The notes under the pieces are model-generated. The model did not search any database. It was not told the origin of the DNA and saw only the letters and a program-made list of their open reading frames with translations. The position numbers and the translations under genes were made by a program. Below, one piece after another: positions 1-14,147 of a stretch of DNA of 64,000 nucleotides (position 1 is its first letter; each line of letters opens with the position of its first letter). Source of the DNA: Mobula hypostoma (taxonomy: Eukaryota); contig NC_086098.1 in NCBI RefSeq assembly GCF_963921235.1, positions 3,720,001-3,784,000 on the forward strand. Direction: 5' to 3'.

Positions 1-328
1 GGACATTTTCACAGAATTGCCGCTCATTGTATGTGTTTTGTGCCATTCTCTGTAAACTCTAGAGACAGTTGTGTGTGAAAATCCCAGGACGTCAGCGGTT
101 TCTGAAATACTCAAACCACCCTGACTGGCACCAACAATCATTCCACGGTCAAAGTCACTTAGATCACATTTCTTTCCCAATCCGATGTTTGGTCTGAACA
201 ACAACTGAACCTCTGGACCCTGTCTGCATGTTTTTATGCATTGAGTTGCTGCCACATGATTGGCTGATTAGATGTTCGTATTAATGAGCAGGTGTTCAGG
301 AGTACCTAATAAAGTGGCCACTAAGTGT
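1..328. mobile_element. Terminal part of a Tc1-family (probably non-autonomous) DNA transposon
   Basis: Ends in gtacctaataaagtggccactaagtg, resembling Tc1-type TIR ends of aquatic vertebrates; the other end is outside the window. Confidence 0.6.
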
Positions 329-394
329 CTTTCTTATTGTAACTTTAGATTAGCTTTGTCACATGTACATCAAAACAAAGAGTGAAATACATCA

Positions 395-520
395 GAATTG
401 CTGGTGAATGCAGCAGGCCAGGCAGCATCTCTAGGAAGAGGTACAGTCGACGTTTCAGGCCGAGACCCTTCGTCAGGACTCCTGAATTTCCAGCTTCTGC
501 AGAATTCCTGTTGTTTGCGT
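395..520. mobile_element. Short Penelope-like (PLE)-derived insertion inside another repeat
   Basis: Shares the gcagcatct...cagtcgacgtttc...cccttcgtcaggact motif with the PLE copy at 41310-41958; flanked by duplicated gtgaaatacatca (about 382 and 531). Confidence 0.75.
444..480 (-). ncRNA. Minimal type I hammerhead ribozyme motif (PLE-associated)
   Basis: Minus strand AGUC-CUGACGA-A-GGGU(CUCG)GCCU-GAAA-CG-UC^GACUG: intact core, stems I and II pair. Confidence 0.7.
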
Positions 521-1334
521 TTTTAAAACAGTGAAATACATCATTTTGTGTCAACAATCAATACAGGATTGTGCTGGAGGCAGCCCACAAATGTCTTCAC
601 ACCTCCAGCACCAACAGAGCATGTCAGCAAGTGACTGACCATTACCCGCACATCTTGGGATTGTGGGAGGAAATTGGAGTACCCAGAGGAGTCATTACAT
701 TGTACAGGGCGCGCAATCTCACTCCTTCCAGTAGTTTCAATTCAAACTCCCAGTGAAATCGTCACTTGTATACTTTCTTCATGATTGCATCAATGTGTTG
801 GGCCCAGGATCGAACCTCTGAGATGTTGATGCTCGGGGACTTGAAGCTGCTCACTCTTTCCATGGAGATCTGGTTATAGATATCTGGATATCTGATCTGA
901 GTTCTCATGTTTTTCCGCAATTTTTCAGCTTTTTGCCAGTGTTATTATGACAATGTCAAGGTCATTTCCTTTTAGTCCAGATATTCAATGGGGCATTTCC
1001 ATGTACAAGACTCCTTTGTATACCTGACACAATTACTCCAACAGGAAACATGTAAGATTTTATTCCACAAGTGATGTTCCTCTTGGCCTACTGCAGATAA
1101 ACCTGGAACCACACCACAGGTGCTTCTTACTCCTGGGAATCGATACTCTTCTGACTGTTGGGTTAGGCTGTATCATTGTTACTTTCTTTAGAGTTTAACA
1201 ATTAATAGGATGCTATTATTATGTAACTATTCAATAAGTTTCCTGGTGGTCACAGCATGTATCTGCAACTGTTCAGTGCGTCTCCTGGTGGTTACATTTG
1301 TATGATTCTGGAAGCTTCTCTTGGCATCACGTTA

Positions 1335-2555
1335 TATGAATAGGAGCAATCTGATTGGTTAACTCTTATCAAGAAATTTTTCAGTTATATAAAGAGTAAA
1401 AGGGAGGTGAGTGTTAATATTGCACCACTGGAAAATGATGCTGGTGAGGTAGTAATGGGGGACAAATAGATGGCAGATAAACTTAACAAGTACTTTGCCT
1501 CTGTCTTTACTGTGGACAACATTAGCTGTATGCCAGGTTTGTGAGTGTCTGGGAGCAGGAGTGAGTGCCAATGCCATTACAAAGGAAAAAAATGCTAGAC
1601 TAACTGAAAGGTCTTAAGGTGGATAAATCACCTGGACCAGGTGGACTTCATCTCAGAGTCCTGAGAGAGGCTGCTGAAAAGATAATGGATACATTGGTCA
1701 AGATCTTTCAAAAAATCACCTGATTCTGGCATGGTCCTGGAGGATTGGAAAATTGCAAATGTCACTCTACTCTTTAAGAAGGGAGGAAGGTAAAAGTGAG
1801 AAAATTATAGGCCAATTAGCCTGACCTCAGCAGTTGGGAAAGTTTTGGAGTCCATTATTAAGGATGAGGTTTCAGGGTACTTGGTGACTGATGATAAAAT
1901 AAGTCAAAGTCAGCATGGTTTCTGTCAAGGGAAATCTTGCCTGACAATCTGGTTGAAGTCTTCGAGGATGGACGAAGGAGAGGCAATGGATGTATTTTAC
2001 TTGGATTTTCAGAAGGCTCAGGTGCCACACATGAGACAGTTTAACAAAATAAATTCCTATGGCGTTAGAGAAAATATACTGGGATAGTTGGAGGAATGGC
2101 TGACAGACAGGAGGCAGCGAGTGGGGATAAAAGGGGCCTTTTATGGTTGACTGCCAGTAACTAGTGATGTTCCTCAGGAGTCAAATTTGGGACCTCTAAT
2201 TTTCACATTGTTTGACAATGATTTAGATAATGCAATTGATGGCTTTGTGGCAAAGTTTGCAGACGATATGAAGGTAGGTGGAGGGGTTGGTAGTGTGGAT
2301 GAAGCAATGTGATTGCAGCAGGACTTAGACAAATTGGAAGAATGGGCAAAAAAGTGGCAGATGGAATACAGTGTTGGAGAATGTATGATAATACATTTTG
2401 GTAAAAGGAACAATAGTGCAGACTATTATCTAAATGGGGAGAAAATTCAAACAGCAGAAGTGCAGAGGGACTTAGGAATCCTTGTTCATGGTGGTGCAGA
2501 CTTGATGGGCTGAATGGCTTAATTCTGCTCCTATGTCTTATAGTCTTCTGGTCTT
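1335..2555 (+). mobile_element. CR1-type LINE remnant (ORF2/RT, frameshifted)
   Basis: ORF fragments SQHGFCQGKSCLT, FYLDFQKA, LQQDLDKLEEWAKKWQMEY; CR1-type 3' tail. Confidence 0.9.
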
Positions 2556-2964
2556 ATCTTTAAAGTCATGCAGTGAAAAAACTCCAGCACAGATACAGGC
2601 GGAACCATTTAAACTGCCTAGCCCCATCAACCTGCAAGCAGACCATAGCCATCCATACCTCTCCCATCCATGTACCTTCCCAGACTTTTCTTAACAGCTG
2701 AAATTAAAGTTGCATCTACCACTTGCGCCAGCAGCTGGTTCTACATTCTTACCACCTTGTCTTTGCTTCGTTTTTTTTCCTCTCTTCCCCTACTGGACCA
2801 CTGCTACTGCCCATTTCTAATTCTCTTTATTCAATTAGCACCTAATAGAACAATTGTAAAGCAACAATTTTTGTTCCTCTTTCTTGACTTCCAAAAGTAC
2901 CTGATTTTTTTTATTCAAGAATCCAACACCACTGCTGTGCTGGACTGCGACAACCGCTGGGCTC

Positions 2965-4460
2965 TGGGGAAACTCAGACATGGCAAAAGCATTGGGACCA
3001 GATAGTTTGAAACCCAAGGTCCTGGAGGAATGTGCTGAGCAGTTGTGTGGAGTTCTCCAGTACACTTTCAATCTGATTCTCACTCTGGAAAGGGTCCCAA
3101 CTATATGGAAAACATCATGTGTGGTCCAGTACCTGACAAAGACCAGACAAAAGTCTTGAATGTGTACTATCCAGTAGTCCCGACCTCACACATCATGAAG
3201 ACCCCAGAGAGGCTGGTCCTGACTCACCTCTGACCCCTGGTCAGATCAGCCCCCGATCTCCTGCAGTTTGCCGACCAGGAGCACGGTGGAGCAGACGATG
3301 CGGACATCTACCTGCTGAATAGAGCCTACTCCCATTTGGATAAGCAGGGCAGCACTGTGAGGATCATGTTTATTTGATTTCTCAAGTGCCTTCAATACCA
3401 TACAGCTCTCATTGCTGAGGGGAAAAGCTCCATTCAATGCAGATTGGCTCTTTCATTGTATCCTGGATAATGGGCTACCTGACTGGCAGACCACAGTTTG
3501 TGTGGCTTCAGAGCTGTGTGTCAGACATGGCTATAAGCAGCACTGGGGTCCCACAGGGGACTGTATTGACTCCCTTCCTGTTTACTCTGTATACCTCTGA
3601 CTTTAGATACAACACTGAGTCACGTCATCTGCAGAAATTCTCTGATGACTACAGCAATAGTGTATAAAAGAGAGGACAGGAGGATGAATACAGGGCCCTG
3701 GTGGAGGACTTTGTCCAATGGTGCAAGCTGAATCATCTGCACCTCAACATTAGTAAGACAAAAGGAGATGGTGATGGACTTTAGGAAGACTAAGCCTGCA
3801 CTATTCCCTGTTACAATTGATGGTGAAGACATGGATGTGGTGAGGACCTACCAGTACTTGAGGGTGCACCTGGATGACAGACTTGAGTGGAGCACCAACA
3901 AGGAGGCTCTGTCGAAGAGCCAGAATCACCTCTATTTCTTGAGGAGATTGAAGTCCTTTGGAGTATGCAGGCCTCTGCTTCACACACTGTACCAGTCTGT
4001 TTTCGCCAGTACAATCTTCTATGTGGTGGTGTGCTGGGGTAATGGCATCAACATGGGTGATGTCAGCAGGCTCAATAAATTGATTAGAAAGACTGGCTCT
4101 GTTATAGGAGTCAAGCAGGATACACTGGAAGCTGTGGTAGAACAAAGGACCCTATGGAAAATCCTGGCAATTCTGGACAACGTTTCTCACCCTCTGCATG
4201 CCACCTTGGCTGAAGAGGAGCACTTTCAGTAATAGACTTAGACCACTGCGCTACTCCAAAGAGCGCGATACTAGGTCATTATTACCCTTGGCCATGAGAC
4301 TCTATAATGAGTCAACCTATAGATGGGAATGTGGTGACCACTGTTAGACTGTTTGTGGTAACTTACTTTTTATTCTTTCTACTTCCCTTCTAATATTTAT
4401 ATCTGTGCACTTCTAATGATACTATGACACCGTAATTTCCTTTGGGATCAGTAAAGCATC
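2965..4460 (+). mobile_element. Rex1/Babar-type LINE remnant (RT)
   Basis: GVPQGTVLTPFLFTLYTSDFRYNTESRHLQKFSDD and MVMDFRK...HLYFLRRLKSFGV fragments with stops and frameshifts. Confidence 0.85.
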
Positions 4461-4929
4461 TAACTATTCCAAAGACATACGGGTCAGGTTTAGATCCTGG
4501 CTTGAATAGGCAGCAAGACAACAACTCCAACTCCACGTAGAACTTCCAAACTTCATTAATTACAACAGAATATCAAGTATTATAATACTAAATTAGGTAT
4601 GAATGGGCCCCTCTCACTGCAGCACCCCTCCAACTCAATCTGTTGTGCTATTCACAACCAGCCCATCAGTGAGGCCTCAAAGAACTATCTCTAAGATGGC
4701 TGACAACTCTATTTTACACCCTTTCTGCTGTTATGAAATGCTGGAGTAAGTGGACCAATACACAACACCATCTCAGAAGCAATCATCACTTGTCTTCACT
4801 CTTCACAATTCACACCATTGTTGTTCCCACAGTAATATTGCATTCTTGTGGTTGTATTCCCAGAGCAATCAAAGTTCTGTTACATCCAAGGCCACAGTGG
4901 TGGTGAGACATTTGGCAAGACATTGAGAA

Positions 4930-5411
4930 GAACCTGTGGTGGCCAGTTCTATCATGTTTGCTGTTGTGTGCTGGGGCAGCAGGCTGAGGGTAGCAGACAC
5001 CAACAGAATCAACAAATTCATTCGTAAGGCCAGTGATGTTGTGGGGATGGAACTGAACTCTCTGACAGTGGTGTCTGAAAAGAGGATGCTGTCCAAGTTG
5101 CATGCCATCTTGGACAATGTCTCCCATCCACTGCATAGTGTACTGGGTGGGCACAGGAGTACATTCAGCCAGAGACTCATTCCACCGAGATGCAACACAG
5201 AGCATCATAGGAAGTCATTCCTGCCTGTGGCCATCAAACTTCACAACTCCTCCCTTGGAGGGTCAGACACCCTGAGCAAATAGGCTGGTCCTGGACTTAT
5301 TTCCTGGCATAATTTACATATTACTATTTAATTATTTATGGCTTAATTATTTATGGTGCAACTGTAACGAAAACCAATTTCCCCCGGGATCAATAAAGTA
5401 TGACTATGACT
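4930..5411 (+). mobile_element. Rex1/Babar-type LINE 3' fragment
   Basis: AVVCWG...ILDNVSHPLH...RKSFLPVAIKLHN C-terminus homologous to 3768-4232; tail caataaagtatgactatgact. Confidence 0.85.
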
Positions 5412-7619
5412 AAGTACAAAGATTAATCCTTTACAACACAATGAGCTGTGGGCATGATATGTTGGCGCTGGAAGCATGGTGACACTTGTGGGCTGCTCAG
5501 CATAATCCTTGCTCATTTGATTTGATGCAAATGACACATTTCATAGAGTCACAGAAACAGGCCCTTCAGCCCATCCAGTCCATGCTGAACTATTTAAACC
5601 ATTTCGTCTCATCAAACTGCACCAGGCCCATAGCCCTCCCAACCCACCACTTGCGCTGGCAGCTCATTCACCCTCAGAGCGAAGAAGTTTCCCCTCATGT
5701 TCCCCTTAAATTTTCACCTTTTACCTTTAACGCATGACATCTAGTTGTAGTCCCACCCAACTCCAGTACAAAAAGTTTGCTTCCATTTACTGTATCTACT
5801 GTATACCCCTCATAATTTTATACACCTCTATCAAATCCTCTCCAATGTTTCTATGCACATGTGACAAATAAAGCTAATCTTTAAGATTAAGGGAACTCTA
5901 ATCCATTATAGACGATAAATCTGTCAACAAAACCAAGCTGGCAGGAATCTTTGTGTAATGATGCTGTCAGATAACTGATGATGTAAAAACAGCATCATCA
6001 TATGCACACTGTACTGAGTAACAATCCTTCAATATAATTCACCAGACCAGATTATACCTTTAAATTATTGCAGAATTTTCATGCTTGAAAGAAAAAAAAT
6101 GTGTTTAGACACCACACAAATAGTTGGGAATCTAATGCCTGTGTTTATTCTAATAAGACTCCAATAATATCAAACAATATGACAACTAGTGGGTGGAAAG
6201 AGAGAAACACCATCATATCAGCTTCCCAGGAGGCCTCTTGTTTTGTTTTCAAAGGTGAACCCTGAGTTTCCATCAATGTCTGCCTGTTGTCAAAGCAGTC
6301 CACTTAGCACAAATACATCATTTCAGAAGCCCTTTTCATATTCATTTTCAGAGTTTTTTTGTTACTTCTCAATGCAATAATTTACGTGCCATTGTTGGAG
6401 GCATAAAATACTGTGAATCAGAGACAATGCATCAGTTCAAGATTTGAGATCAGACTCAGATTTATTTATCATATCGACATCATCATGGTACAGAACTGCA
6501 GGGTATCGGACTGCAGGACGCTACAGAGGATAGGAAAACCCGCTGAGACGATCACCTGGGTCTCCCTCCCCCCTTTTGTGACATTTACCAGGAGCACTCA
6601 AAGGACCCAAAGCATTGTTGAGGATCCCTACCACCCATCCCTTTGACCCACTACCATCAGGGAGGAGGTACAGGAGCATCAGGACTAGGACTGCCAGACT
6701 GGGTAACAGCATCTTCCCTCAGTCTGTGAAACTGATGAATACCCTGCCTCCACCAAGGTCTCATCACTACGACAGCAAACTGCTTACCTGCGTTGCACAT
6801 TACACATGCATTTTGAATCATATTAAGTTAATATAACATAAGTTATTTTGTTTTATGTGCTGCATGATATATGTTTTGTGGGTGCACAGTGGTCCAGAGG
6901 AACGTTGATTCATTTGGTTGTATATATGGACAGTCAGATGACAATAAACTTGAACCGAATTTGAAAATATTCAGTGAATATTTTGTATTAACAACCAACA
7001 CACCCAAGGAAGTACTGGGGACAGTCCACAAGTGTCTCCACACATTCCAGTGCCAACACAGCATACCTTCAATGCTCAGCAGAACAACACAGAACACAAC
7101 AAGCAGCAAAACAACATACAGGGGAACTTAGCAGGTCAGGCAGCACCTATGGGTGTGAATGAAGAGTCCAAGATTCATGCTGAGAACCTTCACCAGGACT
7201 GGATCCCTGTTCCCCTGTTCCTCCCTAACAGCCAGCCAGCCACATTCACAGTTTGTGTGTTCTCCCCATGACAATGTGGGTTTCCCCCAGGTGCTCCGGT
7301 TTGAGAGTTGTGGGCATGATATGTTGGTGACGGAAACGGGGGCAACACCTGCGGGTTGCCCCATGCACGTCCTCAGACTGTGTTGTCCGTGGATGCAAAT
7401 GAGTGAGTGAGTCACTGTTTCAATGTACATGACAAATAAAGCTAATCTAATAATATCAACATCATAGGAATGATATGGAGGCTAGAGAGGATGTAAAGAG
7501 GTTCACTAGGATGCTACCCGGATCAGATCAGAAGGTGTGAGAGCAGAAGTAGACCATTCAGCCCATTGAATCTGCTCTGTCATTTCATTATCATCATTAT
7601 GTGCCACGTCCATTCCATC

Positions 7620-8985
7620 ATGGCTTATTAATTAAAGGCAATTGCAATGTTAGCATTCATTTTGAGAGAATTAGAATACAAAAGCAAGGATATATTGTTG
7701 AGACTTAATAGGGTATTGGTCAGACAGTACTTGGAGCACTGAGAGCTCGTTTGGGCTCCCAAATTCTCCTGAAGAGGGATTTTAGAGAACTAGGCAGGAA
7801 GCTGAGTAGCAGGATCTCCTGAGCAGTAATTTCTGGATTGCTATCTGTGTCACATGTTGGTGAGGATAAGAGGCAGGTCTGATTTGGTAGATAAATGAGT
7901 GGCTGAGAAGTGGGTACAGGACACAGGTCTTCAGGTTCTTGGATCATTGGGATCTCTCCTGGGGAAGGTTTGACCTTTACAAAAGGGATGGGTTACACCT
8001 GAACCAGAGGGGGACCAATATTCTTGTGGGCAGATTTGTTAGAGCTGATGGGGAGGTTTTAAAATAATTTGGCAGGTGGGTTGAGAACTGGAATGAAGGG
8101 ACTCAGGAGAGGATGGATGGTAAAATGCAAAGACAACATGCAGTCAGACTGTCAGGAAGGGCTGGCAGATGATAGGACAAAAATGCAGCCAGCAGGGCGA
8201 GTATCAGTGCATCAGGGAGGCAAAAATCAAAAAGTGTAGCAAATACAGTACTCAAAGTATTATATCTCAATGGATGGAGTATAAAAAATAAGGTGGATGA
8301 TCTTGTGGCACTATTACAGATTGTCAGGTATGATTTGTGGTCATCGCTGATTCATGGCTGAAGGATGGCTGTAGTTGGGAGCTGAATGTCCAAGGTTACA
8401 TGTTGTATTGGAAGGAGAGGAAAGTAGGCAGAGGGGTTGGCATGGCTCTGCTGGTAAGGAATGGCATCAAATCAATAGAAAGATGTGACATATGATTGGA
8501 AGATGTTGAATCCTTGTGGGTAGAGTAAAAACTGCAAGAGTAAAAGGACCCTAATGGCACTTACATACAGGCCTCCCACCAGTAGCTGGGATGTGGACCA
8601 CAGATTACAACGGGAAATAGAAAAGGCGTGTCAAAAAGGCAGTGTTATGAAGACCAAAGTAAATTGGAAGGAGATGCTGGCAGGGATGACGGCAGAGCAG
8701 CAATGGTGTGTGTTTTTGGGAAGTAAGAGGAAGGTACAGGATAGGTGTATTCCAAAAACAAAGAAATACTCAAATGGCAAACATTGCTGACAAGGGAAGA
8801 CAAGGCTAAAGCAAAAGAGAAGGCATACAACAAAGCAAAAATTAGTGGGAAGATAGAGGATTGTGACGCTTTTAAAACCCAACAGAGAGCAACTAAAATA
8901 ATCATTAGGAGGGAAAAGATAAAATATAAAAGCAAGATAGCAAGTAATATCAAAGTGGATAGTAAAAGTTTTTTCCAAGTATGTA
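7620..8985 (+). mobile_element. CR1 LINE remnants (ORF1 esterase region and endonuclease region)
   Basis: KRDGLHLN-type ORF1 segment near 7980 and YRPPTSSWDVDHRLQREIEKAC endonuclease fragment; homologous to 28574-30070. Confidence 0.8.
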
Positions 8986-9099
8986 AACCTCACTGTTACC
9001 ATCAGGTAGGATATACAGAAGCCTGAAGGTACCACTCGGCAATTCAGGAACAGCTTCTTCCCCTCTGCCACCTGATTCTGAAATGGACATTGATGGCTC

Positions 9100-9745
9100 T
9101 GGGCCTGTTATCCCCGAGTTTAAAAGAATGAGGGGAGATCTCATTGAAACCTATCGAAAACTGAAAGGTCTAGATTGAGTGGATGTGGAGAGGTTGTTTT
9201 CTATGATGGAGGACTCTCAGAGGGCGTAGCCTCAGAATAGAAGGACATCCATTTAGAACAGAGATGAAGAATTTATTCAGTGAATGGGTGGTGAATCTGT
9301 GGAATTCATTGCCATAGATGGCTGTAGAGGCCAAGTCATTGAGTATATTTGAAGTAGAGTTTGATAGGCTGTTGATTGATCAATGCGACAAAGATTATGG
9401 GGAAAATGTAGGAGAGTTAGAGATTGGCTATAAGGAGATATTGGACAAAGTTGGATTGTTTTCTCTGGAGAGTTGGAGGCTAACAGGAGACTTGACAGAA
9501 GTATATACATTTATGTAAGGTATGGAAGGACAATCAGATTTTTTCCCCCAGGTAGAATTGTTGAATACTAAAGGTTATAGGTTTAAGGCAGGAAGGGTAA
9601 AGTTTAAGGAAGTTGAAAGGTGCGCGCACGCACACACACACACACACACACACAGTGTTGAGGTACCTAAAAATGTTGCCGGGGGAAGTAGTGGAAGCAA
9701 ATATGATAACATTTCAGAGGCATTTACACAGACAGGAAAATAGTG
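9100..9745 (+). mobile_element. Two adjacent CR1 3' fragments
   Basis: gtggtgaatctgtggaattc and GLFSLESWRLTGDLTEVY motifs of the CR1 ORF2 C-terminus. Confidence 0.75.
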
Positions 9746-10496
9746 TAGGTATCATATACACAAGAAATTCTGCTGGTGCTGGAAGTCCAGAGTAACACAC
9801 ACAACAATGCTAGAGGAACTCCCCTGGTTAGGCAGCATCTATGGAGAGGAATAAACATTCACTATTTTGGTCTGAGACCCTTCAGTGGGACTGGAAAAGA
9901 AGGGGGAAGATGCCAGAATATGAAGATGGAGGGAGGGGAAGGGGGCTAGCTGGAAGGTGATAGGGTGTATGTAACAGTTTCTTCCTCCAAGTCATCAGAC
10001 TCCTCAATACCCAGAGCCTGGACTGACACCAACAACCTACTGCCCTCCACTGTGCCTATTGTCTTGTTTATTATTTACTGTAATGCCTGCACTGTTTTGT
10101 GCACTTTATGCAGTCCTGGGTAGGTCTGTAGTCTGGTGTAGTTTTTGTGTTGTTTTTTTAACTTAGTTCAGTGTGGTTTTTGTATTGTTTCATGTAGCAC
10201 CATGGTCCTGAAAAACATTGTCTTGTTTTTACCGTGTACTGTACCAGCAATTATGGTCGAAATGACAATAAAAAGTGACTTGACTTGAAGCCAGGTGAGT
10301 GGGAAAAGTAAAGGTCTGGAGAGGAATGATATAGCTATATAGACATGATGCAGGATGAGGTTAACATTTGCATCCTGATTGGCGCAGACAATGCAGACTA
10401 AAGGGCCTGTTCCTCTGCAAGACCGTCTGATGTTCCATACTCAATGACCCCCCATTAATAACCAAAATAACTCCTTTACCGTAAATGTAAGTATTT

Positions 10497-11905
10497 AGAA
10501 ACATAGAAAACATACAGCACAAAGAAGGCTCTTCGGCCCACAAAGCTGTGCTGAACATGTCCTTACCTTAGAACTACCTAGGCTTTACCCATAGCCCTCT
10601 ATTTTTCTAAGCTCCATGTAGCCATCCAGCAGTCTCTTAAAAGACCCTATCATTTCTGCCCCTACCACTGCCACTGGCAGCCCATTCCACACACTCACCA
10701 TTCTCTGTGTAAAAAACTTACCCCGACATCTCCTCTGTACCTACTTCCAAGCACCTTAAAACTATGCCCTCTCGTGCTAGCTATTTCAGACTTGGGGGAA
10801 AAGCCTCTGACAACCCACACAAGCAATGCCTCTCATTATCTTGTACACCTCTGTCAAGTCACCTTTCATCCTCCGTCGCTCCAAGGAAAAAAGGCTGAGT
10901 TGACTCAACCTATTCTCATAAGGCATGCTCCCCAATCCAGGCAACATCCTTGTAAATCTCCTCTGCACCCTTTCTATGGCTTCCACATCCTTCCTGTAGT
11001 GAGGTGACCAGAACTGAGCACAGTACTCCAAGTGGGGTCTGACCAGGGTCCTATATAGCTGCAACATTATCTCTCCGCTCTTAAACTCAATCCCACGGTT
11101 GATGAAGGCCAATGCACTGTATGCCTTCTTAAACACAGAGTCAACCTGCGCAGCAGCTTTGAGTGTCCTTTGGACTCAGATCCCAAGATCCTTCTGATCC
11201 TCCACACTGCCAAGAGTCTTACCATTAATACTATATTCTGAAATCATATTTGACCTACCAAAATGAACCACCTTACACTTATCTGGGTTGAACTCCATCT
11301 GCCACTTCTCAGCCCTGTTTTGCATCCTATCAATGTCCCGCTGTAACCTCTGACAGCCCTCCACACTATCCCCAGCACACCCAAACTTTGTGTCATCAGC
11401 AAATTTACGAACCCATCCCTCCACTTCCTCATCCGGGTCATTTATATAAAAAAAAATCACAGAGTAAGGGTCCCAGAACAGATCCCTGAGGCATACCACT
11501 GGTCACCGACCTCCATGCAGAATATAACCCATCTACGACCACTCCTTGCCTTCTGTGGGCAAGCCAGTTCTGGATCCACAAAGCAATGTCCCCTTGGATC
11601 CCATGCCTCCTTACTTTCTCAATAAGCCTTGCATGCTTATCAAATGCTTTGCTGAAATCCATATACACTACATCTACGGCTCTACCTTCATCAATGTGCT
11701 TAGTCATATCCTCAAAAAATTCAATCAGGCTCATAAGGCATGACCTGCCTTTGACAAAGCCATGCTGACTATTCCTAATCATATTCTGCCTCTCAGGATC
11801 TTCTTCATCAACTTTCCAACTACTGAAGTAAGACTCATTGGCCTATGGTTTCCTGGGCTATCCCTACTCCCTTTCTATAATAAGGGAACAACATCTGCAA
11901 CCCTC
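10497..11905 (-). mobile_element. CR1 LINE 3' half (RT, frameshifted)
   Basis: SQHGFVKGRSCL, KFADDTK and VRPHLEYCAQFWSP fragments; (catagaaa)n tail at about 10497-10515. Confidence 0.92.
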
Positions 11906-12085
11906 CAATATTTATGAGGGAGCTTCTTCACCCAGAGGGTGGTGAGAATGTGGAAGAAACTGCCAGTGCGTTGGGTGTGGGTTTGAGTTCAACATTGAAC
12001 AGAAGTTTGGATAGGCACATGGATGGGGGAGGGGTCTGGAGGGCCATGGTCCTGGTGTGGACTGACCAGACTAGGCTGATTAATA

Positions 12086-14147
12086 CACCCTATCCTCGTT
12101 ATATGCGGGGCAAATGTTCCTCGAACTCGACGTATAATGTGAATAATTATTTAAATGGAGAAAATAGGAATGCGTTCTGGAGGGCTTCCTAAATATTTTA
12201 TCTGTAATCTATTCACATTTTCATACCAATACAATACAAAAGCAATACCACAAGGCAACATTCATATTATATTTCATCAATTTAAGGTAATATTCAACAT
12301 AATAAATCATAGAAAGTTTACATACTAGGGTGTACAGTACTCACCGGCAGTGGCAGGTGTGTTGGCTCCGGGAGATGAGTGGTTGTTGTGGTGTCGGGCA
12401 GCTTTACGTGGATGAGGTGGATGGTTGTGTGTCATCAGGATCATCAAGGACAGCAAGGGGTGAAGGAAGACTCACAGAACTCTCAGTACTGCCGGCAGCA
12501 GAAGATGACACCGGTTTGAAGAAAGTTGTGAGGGTTGTTTGCTTGGCAGCATTTTGTTTTTCAGCATAAATTTGCTTGAAGGGAAAAAGGCTTGACTGCA
12601 AGGAACAACTGAAATTCTGACTCTGTTCTAAACTTGGGTCCATGTCCATCGCCATTTGTGCCAAGTGTTCCACAGCCTTAAAAAATTCTGCCAGTTGCTT
12701 CACCGTAAAATCCTTCACCTGCAACTCGACGCTTTCTTCTCCATCGTAATCACCTTCAGTCTGAGTTAAACGCAGAATGTCATCCACACTTACTTCTTCA
12801 TCATGAGAATCCGGGAGTTCTACCACCTCAGCAGTCTCGAGATCTGAGAATCCTTCCCTACCAATTTTACGGCTCAAGGCCACACAATCCTAGACAGCTG
12901 CAGTAAAGGCAGGAAACCCTTTGAGGGTGTGCACACACTCTACCCAAATGATTTCCACGCTCCATTGAGAGTGGAAGATCTGACCTCTTTCCAGGATTCA
13001 TCAATGTTGTTGATGGCATGTCTGATTTTGAAGGACTCCCACCATTCCCTCACCGTTGGTAAACTCCCAGGATTTTCAAAATCCTCTGTTGCTTGCAGCA
13101 TCTGAGAGATAGTTTGCCATAAAAAATACGCCTTGAATGTGGATCACCCCTTGGTTGAGTGGTTGAATCGGCGAAGTGTTAGGCGGCAGGAAACGCACTG
13201 TTTTGTTAGGATGAAAGCTGTCCAAATGTTTAGGATGGGCTGGCGCGTTGTCAAGCAACAGAAGAACTTTAAAGGCAAGATTCTGTTCCCGGCAGTAGCG
13301 TTCAGCCTCAACAGCAAAATGATTAGCAAACCAATCTTCAAAGATTTGACTAGTGACCCATGCTTTCTTGTTAGCTGCCCAGTGGACAGGAAGGATATTC
13401 CTACTCAAACCCTTAACAGCACAGGGTTTCAGTGAATGGTAAACTAAGAGAGGCTTCATCTTACAGCCTCCTTCAGCATTGGAAAACATAAAGCAAAGTC
13501 AATCTATCCTTTGCTGCCTTGAAACCTGACACAGTTTTCTCATCCTTTCTTATGTAAGTGAGTTTCGGCATACGGTTCCAAAAAAGCCCTGTCTCGTCTG
13601 CATTAAACACCTGCTTTGGTGTGATGCCTAACTCAGCTATCAAAGCCCACAACTGCACAGGGTAGTGTCCCAGAGCTGTGTTACCTTCACCTGATGCCGT
13701 CCTGTTCATAATTTCCTACTCCCGCCCCCCCCCCCCACCAAGTGTTAAAGCGGTTCTCTGCCACTTGGTTGACGGCCCAGGACTTGACATCGGATGCTTA
13801 GGAGGCAATAGTTAATATTGCAAGCACAAAATCACTGCACCGTAGGTAAAAACAACAAAAGTTTAAGAGCGCAAGGTCGCACATCCACACGTTGCCAAAA
13901 CCAATGCGAGACTGGCAGGAGTGAGACTGAGGCATGCGCACGTGACTTGTATTGGCGGGAAAGTGGTGCTTCTCGTCCCAGCAGTGAGACTGTGAGGTGT
14001 GCGCACGTGACTTGTATAGGTGGGAAAGCAGTGCTCCTCACATAACTGTGAGTTTTGGACGCATATAAGGAGAAGTTGGTAGAAATAGGTTCCTCATGTA
14101 ACTGTGAATCTGCATTGTCTGAAGGCACACATAACAAGGATAGGGTA
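12086..14147 (-). mobile_element. Tigger/pogo-type DNA transposon with decayed DDE transposase
   Basis: TIRs caccctatcctcgttatatgcg / cacataacaaggatagggta, flanked by TA at 12084-85 and 14148-49; fragments FNADETGLFW, NKKAWVTSQIFEDWF, LLLLDNAPAHP, FLPPNT and an acidic C-terminus. Confidence 0.9.

Noticed and set aside
870..1330. Minus-strand exon suggested by a gtaaga donor near 1130
   Set aside because: No convincing acceptor or open frame; may be an old unrecognised repeat.
12404..13709. Domesticated TIGD-like gene
   Set aside because: Frameshifted, no N-terminal DNA-binding region seen, and still flanked by TIRs with TA.
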